Part shown: piece after piece, positions 31,527 through 40,511 of the stretch
How positions within the stretch are numbered: the stretch's first letter is position 1
Layout: the number at the start of each line of letters is the position of its first letter
From: Vulcanimicrobiaceae bacterium
GTDB taxonomy: Bacteria; Vulcanimicrobiota; Vulcanimicrobiia; Vulcanimicrobiales; Vulcanimicrobiaceae
Reading direction: 5' to 3'
DNA length: 64,000 nt
Assembly: GCA_050010375.1 (NCBI GenBank)
Contig: JBEKLD010000004.1
Coordinates: forward strand, 2,187 to 66,186
The notes under the pieces: model-generated
The model's input: the letters and a program-made list of their open reading frames with translations, nothing else
Databases searched by the model: none
Told to the model about the DNA's origin: nothing
Program-made: the position numbers and the translations under genes

Positions 31527-32141
31527 TTGAATCTGCGTCAGCTCGTGCTCGTTGGGCTCGCCGCCCTCGCCCTCGGCGGCGCCGCCGCCGCCCAGGTCGG
31601 AGCGTCGGCGTCCCAGGTACCGCCGCCGACGCCTCCGCCGCCCGGCGGCGGGCCGACTCCGTCGATCCTGATCGGCACGCCCGTCCCGGCCTACACCCCG
31701 CCCACCATCGTCACCCCGACGCCGGCCCCGAGCCCAGGCGGACGCCGTCACCGCCCCGAGCCCTCTCCGTCGGCCAGCGCCAGCGAGACGCCCGAGCCGC
31801 CGCAGTTTTCGACGATGGACGGCGTGTGGGAAGTCGCGGTCCAGCCGGTCGGCCAGCGGACGATCTACTCCCATCTGTACCTGACCCAGAAGGCCGATCA
31901 GTTGAGCGGGACCTGGGTGCGCAACGGCAAGGAGAAGATCCCGTTCACCGGGACCTTCGACGGCCGGCTCTTCAAACTGACCGCGGTCGCCGGATCGGTC
32001 ACCTACACGCTCAATGGTTACGTGGAGAACTTTTCCGACATGGTCGGGCTGCTGACGGCGAACCCGCCGCCGACCGCGGACGCGCGCGGCGTCGGCTTCA
32101 CCGCGGCCCACCGGAAGGCGTCGAAAGACAAGGTCATCTGA
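31527..32141 (+). CDS. Secreted Pro-rich hypothetical protein with small beta domain
   Basis: GAGGAG SD + TTG, signal peptide, Pro/Thr linker, C-terminal GVWEV...LSGTW...FTGTFDG. Confidence 0.65.
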   Translation: MNLRQLVLVGLAALALGGAAAAQVGASASQVPPPTPPPPGGGPTPSILIGTPVPAYTPPTIVTPTPAPSPGGRRHRPEPSPSASASETPEPPQFSTMDGVWEVAVQPVGQRTIYSHLYLTQKADQLSGTWVRNGKEKIPFTGTFDGRLFKLTAVAGSVTYTLNGYVENFSDMVGLLTANPPPTADARGVGFTAAHRKASKDKVI

Positions 32142-32145
32142 GGCC

Positions 32146-33450
32146 GTGAACGATCGCGCGTTCGGCTTTCGCACGCGCGCCCTGCACGCCGGGACGCCGC
32201 CCGACGCTGAGACGGGAGCGCGTGCGCTCCCGCTGCATCTCTCGACCAGCTTCGTCTTCGACTCGACCGAGCACGCGGCCGAACTCTTCGCGCTGCGCAC
32301 CTACGGCAACATCTACACGCGCATCTCCAACCCGACCGTCGCGGCGTTCGAGGAGAAGCTGGCGAGTCTCGAAGGCGGCCTCGGCAGCGTCGCGGCAGCC
32401 AGCGGCTTGGCGGCGCAGTTGATCGCCGTCCTCGCGCTGGCCCAGGAGGGCGACCACCTCGTCGCCTCGACCAACCTCTACGGCGGGACGATCACGCAGT
32501 TCTCGGTGACGCTGCGGCGGATGGGGATCGCGACGACCTTCGTCCCCGGCGGAAAGGTCGAAGGCGTTCGCGACGCGATCCGCCCGAACACGCGCGCGGT
32601 CTTCACCGAGACGATCGGGAACCCCAGCGGTAACGTCGCCGACCTGGCCGCGCTGGCCGACGCCGCGCACGGGGCCGGCGTCCCGTTGCTGGTCGACAAC
32701 ACCTTCGCCTCGCCCTACCTGTGCCGGCCGATCGAGTACGGTGCCGACGTCGTCATCCACTCGGCGACGAAGTTCATCGGCGGCCACGGCACGGTGATCG
32801 GTGGGGCGCTGGTCGAGTCGGGTCGCTTCCCGTGGGGCGCCGGCCGGCATCCGCTGCTCTCGGAGCCGAGTCCCGGTTACCACGGGATCAACTTCGCCGA
32901 GACGTTCGGTGAGTACGCATTCCTGATGCGCGCGCGGGCCGAAGTCTTGCGTGACGTCGGCGCCTCGATCTCGCCGATGAACGCGTGGCTCTTGGTGCAG
33001 GGCCTCGAGACGCTCGCCGTGCGGATGCCGCAGCACGTCGCCAACGCGCGGGCGGTCGCGACGTTCCTGAAGAGCCGCGACGAAGTCGCCTGGGTCGCGT
33101 ACGCCGATCTGCCCGACAGCCCCGAGCGCGCGCTGGCCGCGAAGTATCTGCCGCTGGGCGCCGGCGCGGTCTTCACTTTCGGGCTGCGGGGTGGCCGCGA
33201 CGCAGGCCGCGCGTTCATCGAGGCGCTCCAGTTGTGGAGCCATCTAGCCAACGTCGGCGACGCGAAGAGCTTGGTGATCCATCCCGCGACGACGACGCAT
33301 CAACAGCTCACCGACGACGAACTGCGCGCGGCCGGGATCGGTCCGGAGATGGTGCGGCTCTCGGTCGGCCTCGAAGACGTCGAGGACCTGATCTGGGATC
33401 TCGAGCGCGGCTTAGCCGCCGCGGCGAAGGTCGGGCGGGTGCAGGCATGA
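32146..33450 (+). CDS. metY: O-acetylhomoserine aminocarboxypropyltransferase (sulfhydrylase)
   Basis: YGNIYTRISNPT, VDNTF, HSATKFIGGHG, HLANVGDAKSLVIHPATTTHQQL, RLSVGLE. Confidence 0.92.
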   Translation: MNDRAFGFRTRALHAGTPPDAETGARALPLHLSTSFVFDSTEHAAELFALRTYGNIYTRISNPTVAAFEEKLASLEGGLGSVAAASGLAAQLIAVLALAQEGDHLVASTNLYGGTITQFSVTLRRMGIATTFVPGGKVEGVRDAIRPNTRAVFTETIGNPSGNVADLAALADAAHGAGVPLLVDNTFASPYLCRPIEYGADVVIHSATKFIGGHGTVIGGALVESGRFPWGAGRHPLLSEPSPGYHGINFAETFGEYAFLMRARAEVLRDVGASISPMNAWLLVQGLETLAVRMPQHVANARAVATFLKSRDEVAWVAYADLPDSPERALAAKYLPLGAGAVFTFGLRGGRDAGRAFIEALQLWSHLANVGDAKSLVIHPATTTHQQLTDDELRAAGIGPEMVRLSVGLEDVEDLIWDLERGLAAAAKVGRVQA

Positions 33451-33926
33451 TCCTCGAGACGGCTAGCGAGCGGCGCGCCTTGCTCGACCGCTCGCACACG
33501 GTCGCGATGGTCGGCGCCTCGCCCAAGCACGACCGGCCGTCGTACTTCGTCTTCTCCTACCTGCGCACGAAGGGCAAGCTCGACGTCGTGCCGATCAACC
33601 CGACCGCGCCGGCGATCGACGGCATCCGCTCGTATCCGACCCTGGCGGCCTACGCCGCCGAACACGGACCGCCGGATATCGTCGACGTCTTCCGCCGGCC
33701 GAACGAGGCGCCGCAGGTCGTGCGCGAAGCGATCGACGTCGGCGCGAAGGCGATCTGGTTTCAGTACGGAGTCGTCAACGAAGAAGCGATTCAGCTGGCC
33801 GATCGGGCCGGCCTCGACGTCGTCGTCGACCGCTGCATCAAGGTCGAGTCGGCGCGCTTCGACGGCGGGCTCGCGCTTGGCGGCCTCAACACCGGCGTGC
33901 TGACGGCCAAACGCCGCCTCCACTGA
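33447..33926 (+). CDS. CoA-binding protein (CoA_binding_2)
   Basis: AMVGASPKHDRPSY.V..YL, DIVDVFRRP, AIWFQYG, VVVDRCIKVE; ATGA overlap. Confidence 0.88.
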   Translation: MILETASERRALLDRSHTVAMVGASPKHDRPSYFVFSYLRTKGKLDVVPINPTAPAIDGIRSYPTLAAYAAEHGPPDIVDVFRRPNEAPQVVREAIDVGAKAIWFQYGVVNEEAIQLADRAGLDVVVDRCIKVESARFDGGLALGGLNTGVLTAKRRLH

Positions 33927-33928
33927 AC

Positions 33929-35017
33929 GTGGACGACGCCGCCGCGCTCGACGCGCGGATCCTCGCGGCGATCGCCGCGTACGCCCTCGACGACGCGGGC
34001 TTCCTCGCGCTGGCGCGCGACCTGTTCGCCTATCAGGTCGAGCGCAACGCGCCGTATGCGGCCTACGCCCGCAGTCTCGGCTTCGATCTCGCCCGGCTGC
34101 CGGAGCGGGTCGAGGACATCCCCGCCGTCCCGGCCGCCGCCTTCAAGGAAGCGCGCCTCGCGACGTTTCCGCCGGAGCAGACCGTGCTGTGGTTCGAGAC
34201 CAGCGGGACGACCCTCGGTCGCGGCGGACGGCACGAGTTTTCGACGCCGCGCCTGTACGAGGCCGCGCTGCTCGCCTCGTTCGACCGGCTTCTCTTGGGC
34301 GACGGCGCGCGGCTGCGCTACCTGCAGCTCGTCCCCGATCCGCGCGAGCGGCCGCACAGCTCGCTGGGCTTCATGATGCACGCCGTCGCGCAGGCGCGCG
34401 GCGACGGCGCCGGTGGTTGGTACCTGCACGAGGACTTGCTCGACGTCGACGGCTTCGTGCGCGACGTCGAGCGCGCGCGAGGCGACGGCATCGCGGTCTG
34501 CGTCGCCGCGACCGCGTTTGCGCTGGTCGCGTTGGTCGACGCGCTCGCCGAACGCCAGCTCGTGCTCGCGCTCCCGCAGGGTTCGCGGGTCATGGAGACC
34601 GGCGGTTTCAAGGGGCGGACCCGCATCGTCGAGCGGGCGTGGCTCTACGCGGAGACCGCGGCGCGGCTCGGTGTCCCGACCCCGGCGATCGTCGCCGAGT
34701 ACGGGATGACCGAGCTCTCCTCGCAGTACTACGATGCCCCCGCGTCGCGCGCGCGAGTCGAGCCGCCGCGCGTCAAGGTGCCGCCGCCGTGGCTGCGCCC
34801 GATCGTCGTCGACGGCGAAGGCCGGCCGCTGCCGCCGGGCGTCGTCGGCGCGATTCGCCACGTCGACCTAGCCAACCGAGGCTCGGTCGTCGCGATCGAG
34901 ACCGAGGATCTCGGCGCGCTCGTCGACGGCGGCCTGATCCTGCTCGGTCGGGAGCAGGGGGCCGAACTGCGCGGCTGCTCGCTCGACGCCGAGACGTTGA
35001 CCCGGAGCAAAGCATGA
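33929..35017 (+). CDS. LuxE-like acyl-protein synthetase
   Basis: LFAYQ...N..Y, IPAVP...FK, FETSGTT, METGGFKGR, EYGMTELSSQ, DLAN..S...I.TEDLG, C-terminal LRGCS acylation Cys. Confidence 0.82.
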   Translation: MDDAAALDARILAAIAAYALDDAGFLALARDLFAYQVERNAPYAAYARSLGFDLARLPERVEDIPAVPAAAFKEARLATFPPEQTVLWFETSGTTLGRGGRHEFSTPRLYEAALLASFDRLLLGDGARLRYLQLVPDPRERPHSSLGFMMHAVAQARGDGAGGWYLHEDLLDVDGFVRDVERARGDGIAVCVAATAFALVALVDALAERQLVLALPQGSRVMETGGFKGRTRIVERAWLYAETAARLGVPTPAIVAEYGMTELSSQYYDAPASRARVEPPRVKVPPPWLRPIVVDGEGRPLPPGVVGAIRHVDLANRGSVVAIETEDLGALVDGGLILLGREQGAELRGCSLDAETLTRSKA

Positions 35018-35075
35018 AGCCGCCGTCGTCGGCCAGAACCCCGGCTTCGTTACCCACCCCGGAGGACGCCCGTCG

Positions 35076-36155
35076 ATGAACACTTCGAAGACCGCCTATC
35101 GTACGCTGATCCTAGGTGCCTCGTACGGGTCGCTCCTGGCAACGAAACTCGCGATGGCCGGCCACGACGTTACGCTGGTCTGCCTCCCGGCCGAGGCAGA
35201 GGCGATCAACACGCGTGGCGCGCGCGTGCGGTTACCGGTCAAGGGACGCGAGGGTTTGGTCGAGATCGACTCTCGAGGGCTCACCGGGAAGCTCTCCGCG
35301 GCGGGACCCGGCGCGGTCGATCCGGCCGACTACGATCTCGTCGCACTGGCGATGCAGGAGCCGCAGTACCGCGCGCCCGGCGTGCGCGAACTGCTCGACG
35401 CGGTCGCCACCTCGGGCGTGCCCTGCATGTCGATCATGAACATGCCGCCGCTGCCGTACCTCGACCGCATCCCCGGTCTCGACACCGCTGCCTTGCATGC
35501 GGCGTACACCGATGCGACGGTCTGGCGGAACTTCAACCCGGCACGGATGACCTTGTGCAGCCCGGACCCGCAAGCGTTCCGCCCGCCCGACGAAGACGTC
35601 AACGTGCTTCAAGTGACGCTGCCGACCAACTTCAAGGCGGCGCGCTTTGAGTCCGACGCGCACACCGCGATGCTGCGGCGCATGCAGGCCGACATCGAGG
35701 CGATCCGCTACGACGCGGGTGGTGGCGCGGTCGAGCTGCCCGTCAAGCTCAAAGTGCACGACTCCGTCTTCGTGCCGCTGGCGAAGTGGGCGATGTTGAT
35801 CACCGGCAACTATCGTTGCGTCACGGCCGACGGCCCGCGCGCGATCAAGGAAGCCGTGCATACCGACCCCGAGGAGTCGCGGGCCGTCTACGACTGGGTT
35901 CGCGCGCTGTGCGTCGCGCTAGGCGCGTCGCCCGACGATCTCGTGCCGTTCGAGAAGTACGCCGCCGCGGCGCAAGGGCTGGTCCGGCCCTCGTCCGCCG
36001 CACGTGCGCTGTTTGCCGGCGCGCCGAACATCGAGCGCGTCGACCGGCTCGTGCAAGGGATCGCGGCACAGAAGGGGATGCGCTCGGCGGCCCTCGACGA
36101 GACGGTCGCGCTGGTCGACGCGCAACTGGCGACCAACCGCAAACAGGTGGCCTGA
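35076..36155 (+). CDS. Ketopantoate-reductase-like (ApbA N-terminal Rossmann) oxidoreductase of unknown function
   Basis: ILGASYGSLLA..L...GH.VTLV Rossmann start; GGAGG SD; the remainder matches a conserved uncharacterized family from recall. Confidence 0.7.
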   Translation: MNTSKTAYRTLILGASYGSLLATKLAMAGHDVTLVCLPAEAEAINTRGARVRLPVKGREGLVEIDSRGLTGKLSAAGPGAVDPADYDLVALAMQEPQYRAPGVRELLDAVATSGVPCMSIMNMPPLPYLDRIPGLDTAALHAAYTDATVWRNFNPARMTLCSPDPQAFRPPDEDVNVLQVTLPTNFKAARFESDAHTAMLRRMQADIEAIRYDAGGGAVELPVKLKVHDSVFVPLAKWAMLITGNYRCVTADGPRAIKEAVHTDPEESRAVYDWVRALCVALGASPDDLVPFEKYAAAAQGLVRPSSAARALFAGAPNIERVDRLVQGIAAQKGMRSAALDETVALVDAQLATNRKQVA

Positions 36156-36172
36156 CCGCGAGCGAGAGCGCC

Positions 36173-37384
36173 GTGGCGTCACCGCTGCGCGCGCTCTCGG
36201 CGGCGCGGATCGTCGCCTTCGTCGCCGACGCCGCGCGGCGCTGGAGCGACGCCGACTTCGCGCCGCGCGTCCGCGCGACGCGCGCGATCCGCGACCGGCT
36301 CGGCTATAGCGAACCGGTCGTCGACTACGCGCTCGACCGCCTCTTCTTCGGCATCACCGCTGCGGCGCTGGAGGCGGCGATCGTCTCCGAGCTCGGCGCC
36401 GTCGCGGCGCTCGACGGCGTCGCCCCGCGCGCCGGCGCACCCGCGGCCTGGGCGCGTGGCGTCGACCGGGTCGCGATCGTCTCGAGCGACACGACGATCG
36501 GCGTCGCGCTGGTGCCGGCGATCTTCGCCTTGTGCGCGAAATGCGAGGTCGTGGTGAAGGATCGCAGTGACGCGCTCGTCGCCGCCTTCTTCGCGACGCT
36601 CGCCGACGAGCATCCCGCCTTCGCTTCTGCCGCAACTGCGCGCGCGTGGACTGGCGGCGATCCCGACGAGGATGCCCTGCTGGCGCAAGCCGACGTCGTC
36701 GTGGCCTTCGGTCGTGACGAGACCCTGCGCGCGCTCCGCGCCCGCTGCGGCGTCGACGCGCGCTTCGTCCCCTTCGGCCACCGGGTGAGCCTCGGCCGAC
36801 TCACCGCCGCGGACCTCGCCCACGCTGACGAAGCGCTGCTGGCTGGGATTGCCCGCGACGCGCTGCTCTACGACGGCGAAGGCTGCCTCTCGCTGCACGC
36901 CCTCTTCGTCGACGCGGACGACGACGCATTCGCGATGTTCACGCGGCGGCTCGGCGCGGCGGCCGAGCGCATCGCGATCGAGTTCCCGGCCGGCCGCATC
37001 GAACCCGCGCGCACCGCGGCAGCGGCCGCGTACCGGCAGCTCGCCGCGTTTCGCGCCGCCGGCGGCCGCGGCGCCGTCATCGCCGCCGGCGATTCGAACC
37101 TCGTGTTCGACGCGCCACGCGACGAACCGCCGCCACTCGTTGCGCGCACGCTCCCGATCCTGCGCGGCGACGACGAAGCGCTCGCCGCCTACGTCGCCGC
37201 GCACCACCTCCCGGTCCAGGCCCTCGGCGTCGCTGCCACCGACGAGCCCGCTGTCGCGCTCGCCACGCGCATCGCCGCCGTCCGCGCCGCACCGCTGGGC
37301 ACGCTGCAAGATCCGCCACTCGCCGGCCACCACGGCGGCGAGCCACGGATCGCCAACTTCACCCGCTGGATCGACACATCATAA
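36173..37384 (+). CDS. LuxC-like acyl-CoA/acyl-protein reductase
   Basis: ADVVVAFGRDETL..L, FVPFGHRVS, ARDALLYDGEGCLSLHALFV (LuxC catalytic-Cys region); start GTG 36173 or CTG 36152. Confidence 0.8.
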   Translation: MASPLRALSAARIVAFVADAARRWSDADFAPRVRATRAIRDRLGYSEPVVDYALDRLFFGITAAALEAAIVSELGAVAALDGVAPRAGAPAAWARGVDRVAIVSSDTTIGVALVPAIFALCAKCEVVVKDRSDALVAAFFATLADEHPAFASAATARAWTGGDPDEDALLAQADVVVAFGRDETLRALRARCGVDARFVPFGHRVSLGRLTAADLAHADEALLAGIARDALLYDGEGCLSLHALFVDADDDAFAMFTRRLGAAAERIAIEFPAGRIEPARTAAAAAYRQLAAFRAAGGRGAVIAAGDSNLVFDAPRDEPPPLVARTLPILRGDDEALAAYVAAHHLPVQALGVAATDEPAVALATRIAAVRAAPLGTLQDPPLAGHHGGEPRIANFTRWIDTS

Positions 37385-37423
37385 TCGCGGGCACTCGCAG
37401 GGCATTCCATTCTTGAGTCCGAT

Positions 37424-37433
37424 ATGATATCAT
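37424..37433 (+). promoter_or_regulatory. Extended -10 (TG-A-TATCAT) inside a perfect palindrome ATGATATCAT; TA promoter/operator
   Basis: Palindrome 37424-37433 overlapping the -10, 9 nt before the antitoxin ATG. Confidence 0.55.
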
Positions 37434-37442
37434 GGCGTCGCG

Positions 37443-37667
37443 ATGTCACTGCCCACAAAGGCCCTCCCGCTCCGCCTCGACCCGGAGACCTACCAGCGCC
37501 TCTACCTCCAGGCGAAGGCCGAGGGTGTCTCGATGAACGAGCTGGTCAAGCGTGCCCTCGGTGAGCACTTCGAAGCGAAGCCGATCGACCGCGAGCGTCT
37601 GAGAGCCCTCGCGAGCGAGATCGTGGCTCGGGATGCCGCTCTCCTCGACGCGCTGGCGAAGGCCTAA
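37443..37667 (+). CDS. Ribbon-helix-helix antitoxin (Arc/HicB-like)
   Basis: LPLRLDPETYQRL...A..EGVSMNELV..AL; C-terminal helix ARDAALLDALAK; TAATG coupling to the toxin. Confidence 0.82.
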   Translation: MSLPTKALPLRLDPETYQRLYLQAKAEGVSMNELVKRALGEHFEAKPIDRERLRALASEIVARDAALLDALAKA

Positions 37668-38089
37668 TGGTCTACCTGAGCACGGCGGACGTCCTCGAGC
37701 TCTTCGAGCTCCACATCGGACCGCGCTCTGCACTGAGCCGTCCTGAGCTCTTGGAGTCCGCGGTCGCGCTCCCGCAGGCGACGATGTTCGGCGAGGATCT
37801 CTATCCGCACATCTTTCAGAAAGCAGCCGCTCTCCTCCGGTCGATCGCGCAGAACCAGTCCTTCGTCGACGGCAATAAGCGCATCGCATGGCTTGCGATG
37901 AGCGTCTTTCTCGCAGCGAACGGCATCGACGTCCTGGCCACCCCCGAGGATGGGCTGCAGCTGATGACCGATCTGGCCAACGGCTTCGCGAACCTCGACG
38001 CCATCGGAGCATTCTTGGCACAGCGTTCGCGCCCGCGCGGCGATGCGCTCGGAGAGATCTCCTACGGCATTCTGGCCGGTATCGCCTAA
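37667..38089 (+). CDS. Doc/Fic family type II toxin with His-to-Gln motif change
   Basis: LESAVALPQ..MFG..LYP.IF.KAAALL..I..NQSFVDGNKR. Confidence 0.85.
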   Translation: MVYLSTADVLELFELHIGPRSALSRPELLESAVALPQATMFGEDLYPHIFQKAAALLRSIAQNQSFVDGNKRIAWLAMSVFLAANGIDVLATPEDGLQLMTDLANGFANLDAIGAFLAQRSRPRGDALGEISYGILAGIA

Positions 38090-38133
38090 GGCTCCGAGGC
38101 TGCGCCCTGCCCTTCGTCGTAGCCCCGTGATCG

Positions 38134-39453
38134 ATGCCCTCGCACCACGTCGAGCGTGACAACCTCGAAGCGATCGTCACCGCGGTTCCCGGGCCGCGGT
38201 CGCGCGAGCTTGCGGCGCGGTTGGCGGTGTGTGAGGCGCCGGGGGTTACGTATCTTGGGGCGGATTATCCCGTTTTTTGGGAGTCGGCGCACGGGGCGCT
38301 GGTCGTCGACGTGGATGGGAACCGCTATCTCGATTTGACTGCCGCGTTCGGCGTCGCGGCGACGGGGCACACCAATCCCGCTGTCGTCGCGGCGATCGAG
38401 GCGCAGGCGCGCACGCTGATCCATGGGATGGGCGACGTCCACCCGACCGAGGTGCGCACGCGGCTGCTCGAACGGCTCGCCGCACTGGCGCCGGGCGCGC
38501 TCTCCAAATCGTACCTGACGACCTCGGGTTCCGAAGCCGTCGAGTTCGCGCTGAAGACCGCGTTGCTCGCCACCGGCAAGCCGCGCGTCCTCGCCTATCA
38601 CGGCGCCTATCATGGACTCACGCTCGGCGCACTCGAGGTCATCGGGATCGACAAATTCCGCGCGCCGTTCGCACCGCTGGTCGTCGAGCGCGCGACGTTC
38701 CTACCGTACCCCGGCGCGGACACGACGGCCGACGCCGCGCTCGCCGCGGTACGGTCCGCGCTGGCGCGCGATCCTGACCTCGGCGCGATCCTCGTCGAAC
38801 CGATCCAAGGGCGCGGCGGCGTCATCGTCCCGCCGGACGGCTTCCTGGCGGGGCTGCGCGCCGTGTGCGACGAGCGCGGTCTGCTCTTGATCCTCGACGA
38901 GATCTACACCGGCCTGGGCCGCACCGGACCGCTCTTCGCCTGTGAGCGCGAAGGCGTGGTCCCCGATCTGCTGTGCATCGGAAAGTCGCTGGCCGGCGGG
39001 GTCCCGCTCTCGGCGACGATCGGGACGCCGCGGGCGATGGACGCCTGGCCGCGCAGCGCCGGCGAGGCGCTCCACACCTCGACCTTTCTGGGGAATCCGC
39101 TGGCCTGCGCGGCGGCGCTCGCCAACCTCGACGAGCTCGAGCGTCTCGACCTCCCGGCCCGCGTGCGCGCCCGCGAACCGGTTTTCGCCGAGCGCCTGGG
39201 CAGCCTACGCGCGATCTCCGGTGTGCGCGACGTGCGCGGGCGCGGGTTCCTGTGGGCGGTCGAGTTCCGCGACGGCGCGCTGGCCAATCGCATCGTCGTG
39301 CGCGCGCTCGCGCGGGGTCTGGTGCTGCTGCAGTCGGGCCCGACCGGAACCTCGATCACGCTGGCGCCGCCGCTGACGATCGCCGACGAGCAACTCGCGC
39401 GCGCCCTCGACCTGTTCGAGCAGACGATACGCGAGGTGGCAAAGGCAGGATGA
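38134..39453 (+). CDS. Class III PLP aminotransferase (GabT-like)
   Basis: VDVDGNRYLDL, GSEAVE.ALK, EPIQGRGG, DEIYTGLGRTG, GKSLAGG, STF.GNP. Confidence 0.9.
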   Translation: MPSHHVERDNLEAIVTAVPGPRSRELAARLAVCEAPGVTYLGADYPVFWESAHGALVVDVDGNRYLDLTAAFGVAATGHTNPAVVAAIEAQARTLIHGMGDVHPTEVRTRLLERLAALAPGALSKSYLTTSGSEAVEFALKTALLATGKPRVLAYHGAYHGLTLGALEVIGIDKFRAPFAPLVVERATFLPYPGADTTADAALAAVRSALARDPDLGAILVEPIQGRGGVIVPPDGFLAGLRAVCDERGLLLILDEIYTGLGRTGPLFACEREGVVPDLLCIGKSLAGGVPLSATIGTPRAMDAWPRSAGEALHTSTFLGNPLACAAALANLDELERLDLPARVRAREPVFAERLGSLRAISGVRDVRGRGFLWAVEFRDGALANRIVVRALARGLVLLQSGPTGTSITLAPPLTIADEQLARALDLFEQTIREVAKAG

Positions 39454-40487
39454 GCGCGCTCAAGGTCGGGATCGTCGGCAGCGGCTTCGGCGGTGCGGTG
39501 CACGCGCCGGCGTACGCCCTCCATCCGCGCTTCGAGGTCGTCGCCATCGCCTCGCCGACGAACGCGGAGCGGGTCGCGCGCGAGCGCAAGATCCCGCACC
39601 CCTTTCCGTCGGTCGAGGCGATGCTGGCCGGCGTCGAGCTCGACGTCGTCTCGGTCGCCTCGCCGCCGTTCGACCACCATCGCAGCGTGCTGGCCGCGCT
39701 GGCGGCCGGGAAGAACGTCCTGTGCGAGAAGCCATTCGCGCTCACGGTCGCACAGGCCGAGGAGATGGTCGCCCTGGCCGCACGGGCGGGGACGGCGACC
39801 GCGCTTGCGTTCGAGTTCCGCTACTTACCGACGGTCCGCGCGCTCGCCGAGCTGATCGAGAACGGGCATCTCGGCGCGCTGCGTGAGATCGAAGTCGCCC
39901 GCCTCGGTCGCGACCTGCTCGAGCGCGAGACGCGCCGCGAGCGCGGCTGGTGGTTCTCGCGCGAGCGTGGCGGCGGCGTCGCCAACGCCTTCATGCCGCA
40001 CTTCTTCGATCTGGCCAACCACCTGTCCGGCCGCACCGTGCAGGCGACGCATGGGCTGCTGCGAACCGCCAACCCGCGCCGCGTCGATGCACAAGGCACC
40101 TTCGAGAGCACCGTCGCCGACGGCGCCTTCGCGTTCGTCGACTACGGCGCGGGACTGGTCGGGCGCGTCAGCAACGACTCGACGACGATCGTCGAATCGA
40201 TGACGGTCGCAGTGCACGGCGAGCTGCGCAGCGCGGTCGCCAGCGGCCCATCGCTGGGCGGCCTTCGCCTGTTCACGCTCGCCGACGACGAACAAGACGA
40301 GCTGGAGGTCGTAACCCTCGGGAACGCGCAGCACGCCGCGATCCACCCGAACCTCCCCGCCTTCCTCGCACTGCTCGACGCCTTCGCCGTGCGCATCGAC
40401 CTCGGCGGCGGCGCCGCCCCGACCTTCGCCGACGGCCTCGTCACCCAACGCCAACTCGACGCGATCGGCTACGGCCGAACGGGTTGA
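39450..40487 (+). CDS. Gfo/Idh/MocA family oxidoreductase
   Basis: VGIVGSGFG...H, ALAAGKNVLCEKPFA; ATGA overlap. Confidence 0.9.
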   Translation: MSALKVGIVGSGFGGAVHAPAYALHPRFEVVAIASPTNAERVARERKIPHPFPSVEAMLAGVELDVVSVASPPFDHHRSVLAALAAGKNVLCEKPFALTVAQAEEMVALAARAGTATALAFEFRYLPTVRALAELIENGHLGALREIEVARLGRDLLERETRRERGWWFSRERGGGVANAFMPHFFDLANHLSGRTVQATHGLLRTANPRRVDAQGTFESTVADGAFAFVDYGAGLVGRVSNDSTTIVESMTVAVHGELRSAVASGPSLGGLRLFTLADDEQDELEVVTLGNAQHAAIHPNLPAFLALLDAFAVRIDLGGGAAPTFADGLVTQRQLDAIGYGRTG

Positions 40488-40511
40488 GGGACGACGGGTG
40501 ACGAGTCCGCC

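Noticed and set aside
32141-32146. SAM riboswitch before metY, or T-box before proS (60111-60163)
   Set aside because: The gaps are 4 nt and about 50 nt and lack the consensus; the latter holds only a 9-bp hairpin (60131-60160).
33929-37384. Bioluminescence (lux) operon
   Set aside because: No luxA/luxB luciferase, luxD or luxG in the window; LuxE/LuxC homologs are widespread in dark bacteria.
37397-38110. GCAGGGC/GCCCTGC inverted repeat flanking the TA module as mobile-element ends
   Set aside because: Only 7 bp in GC-rich DNA, with no target duplication and no recombinase.
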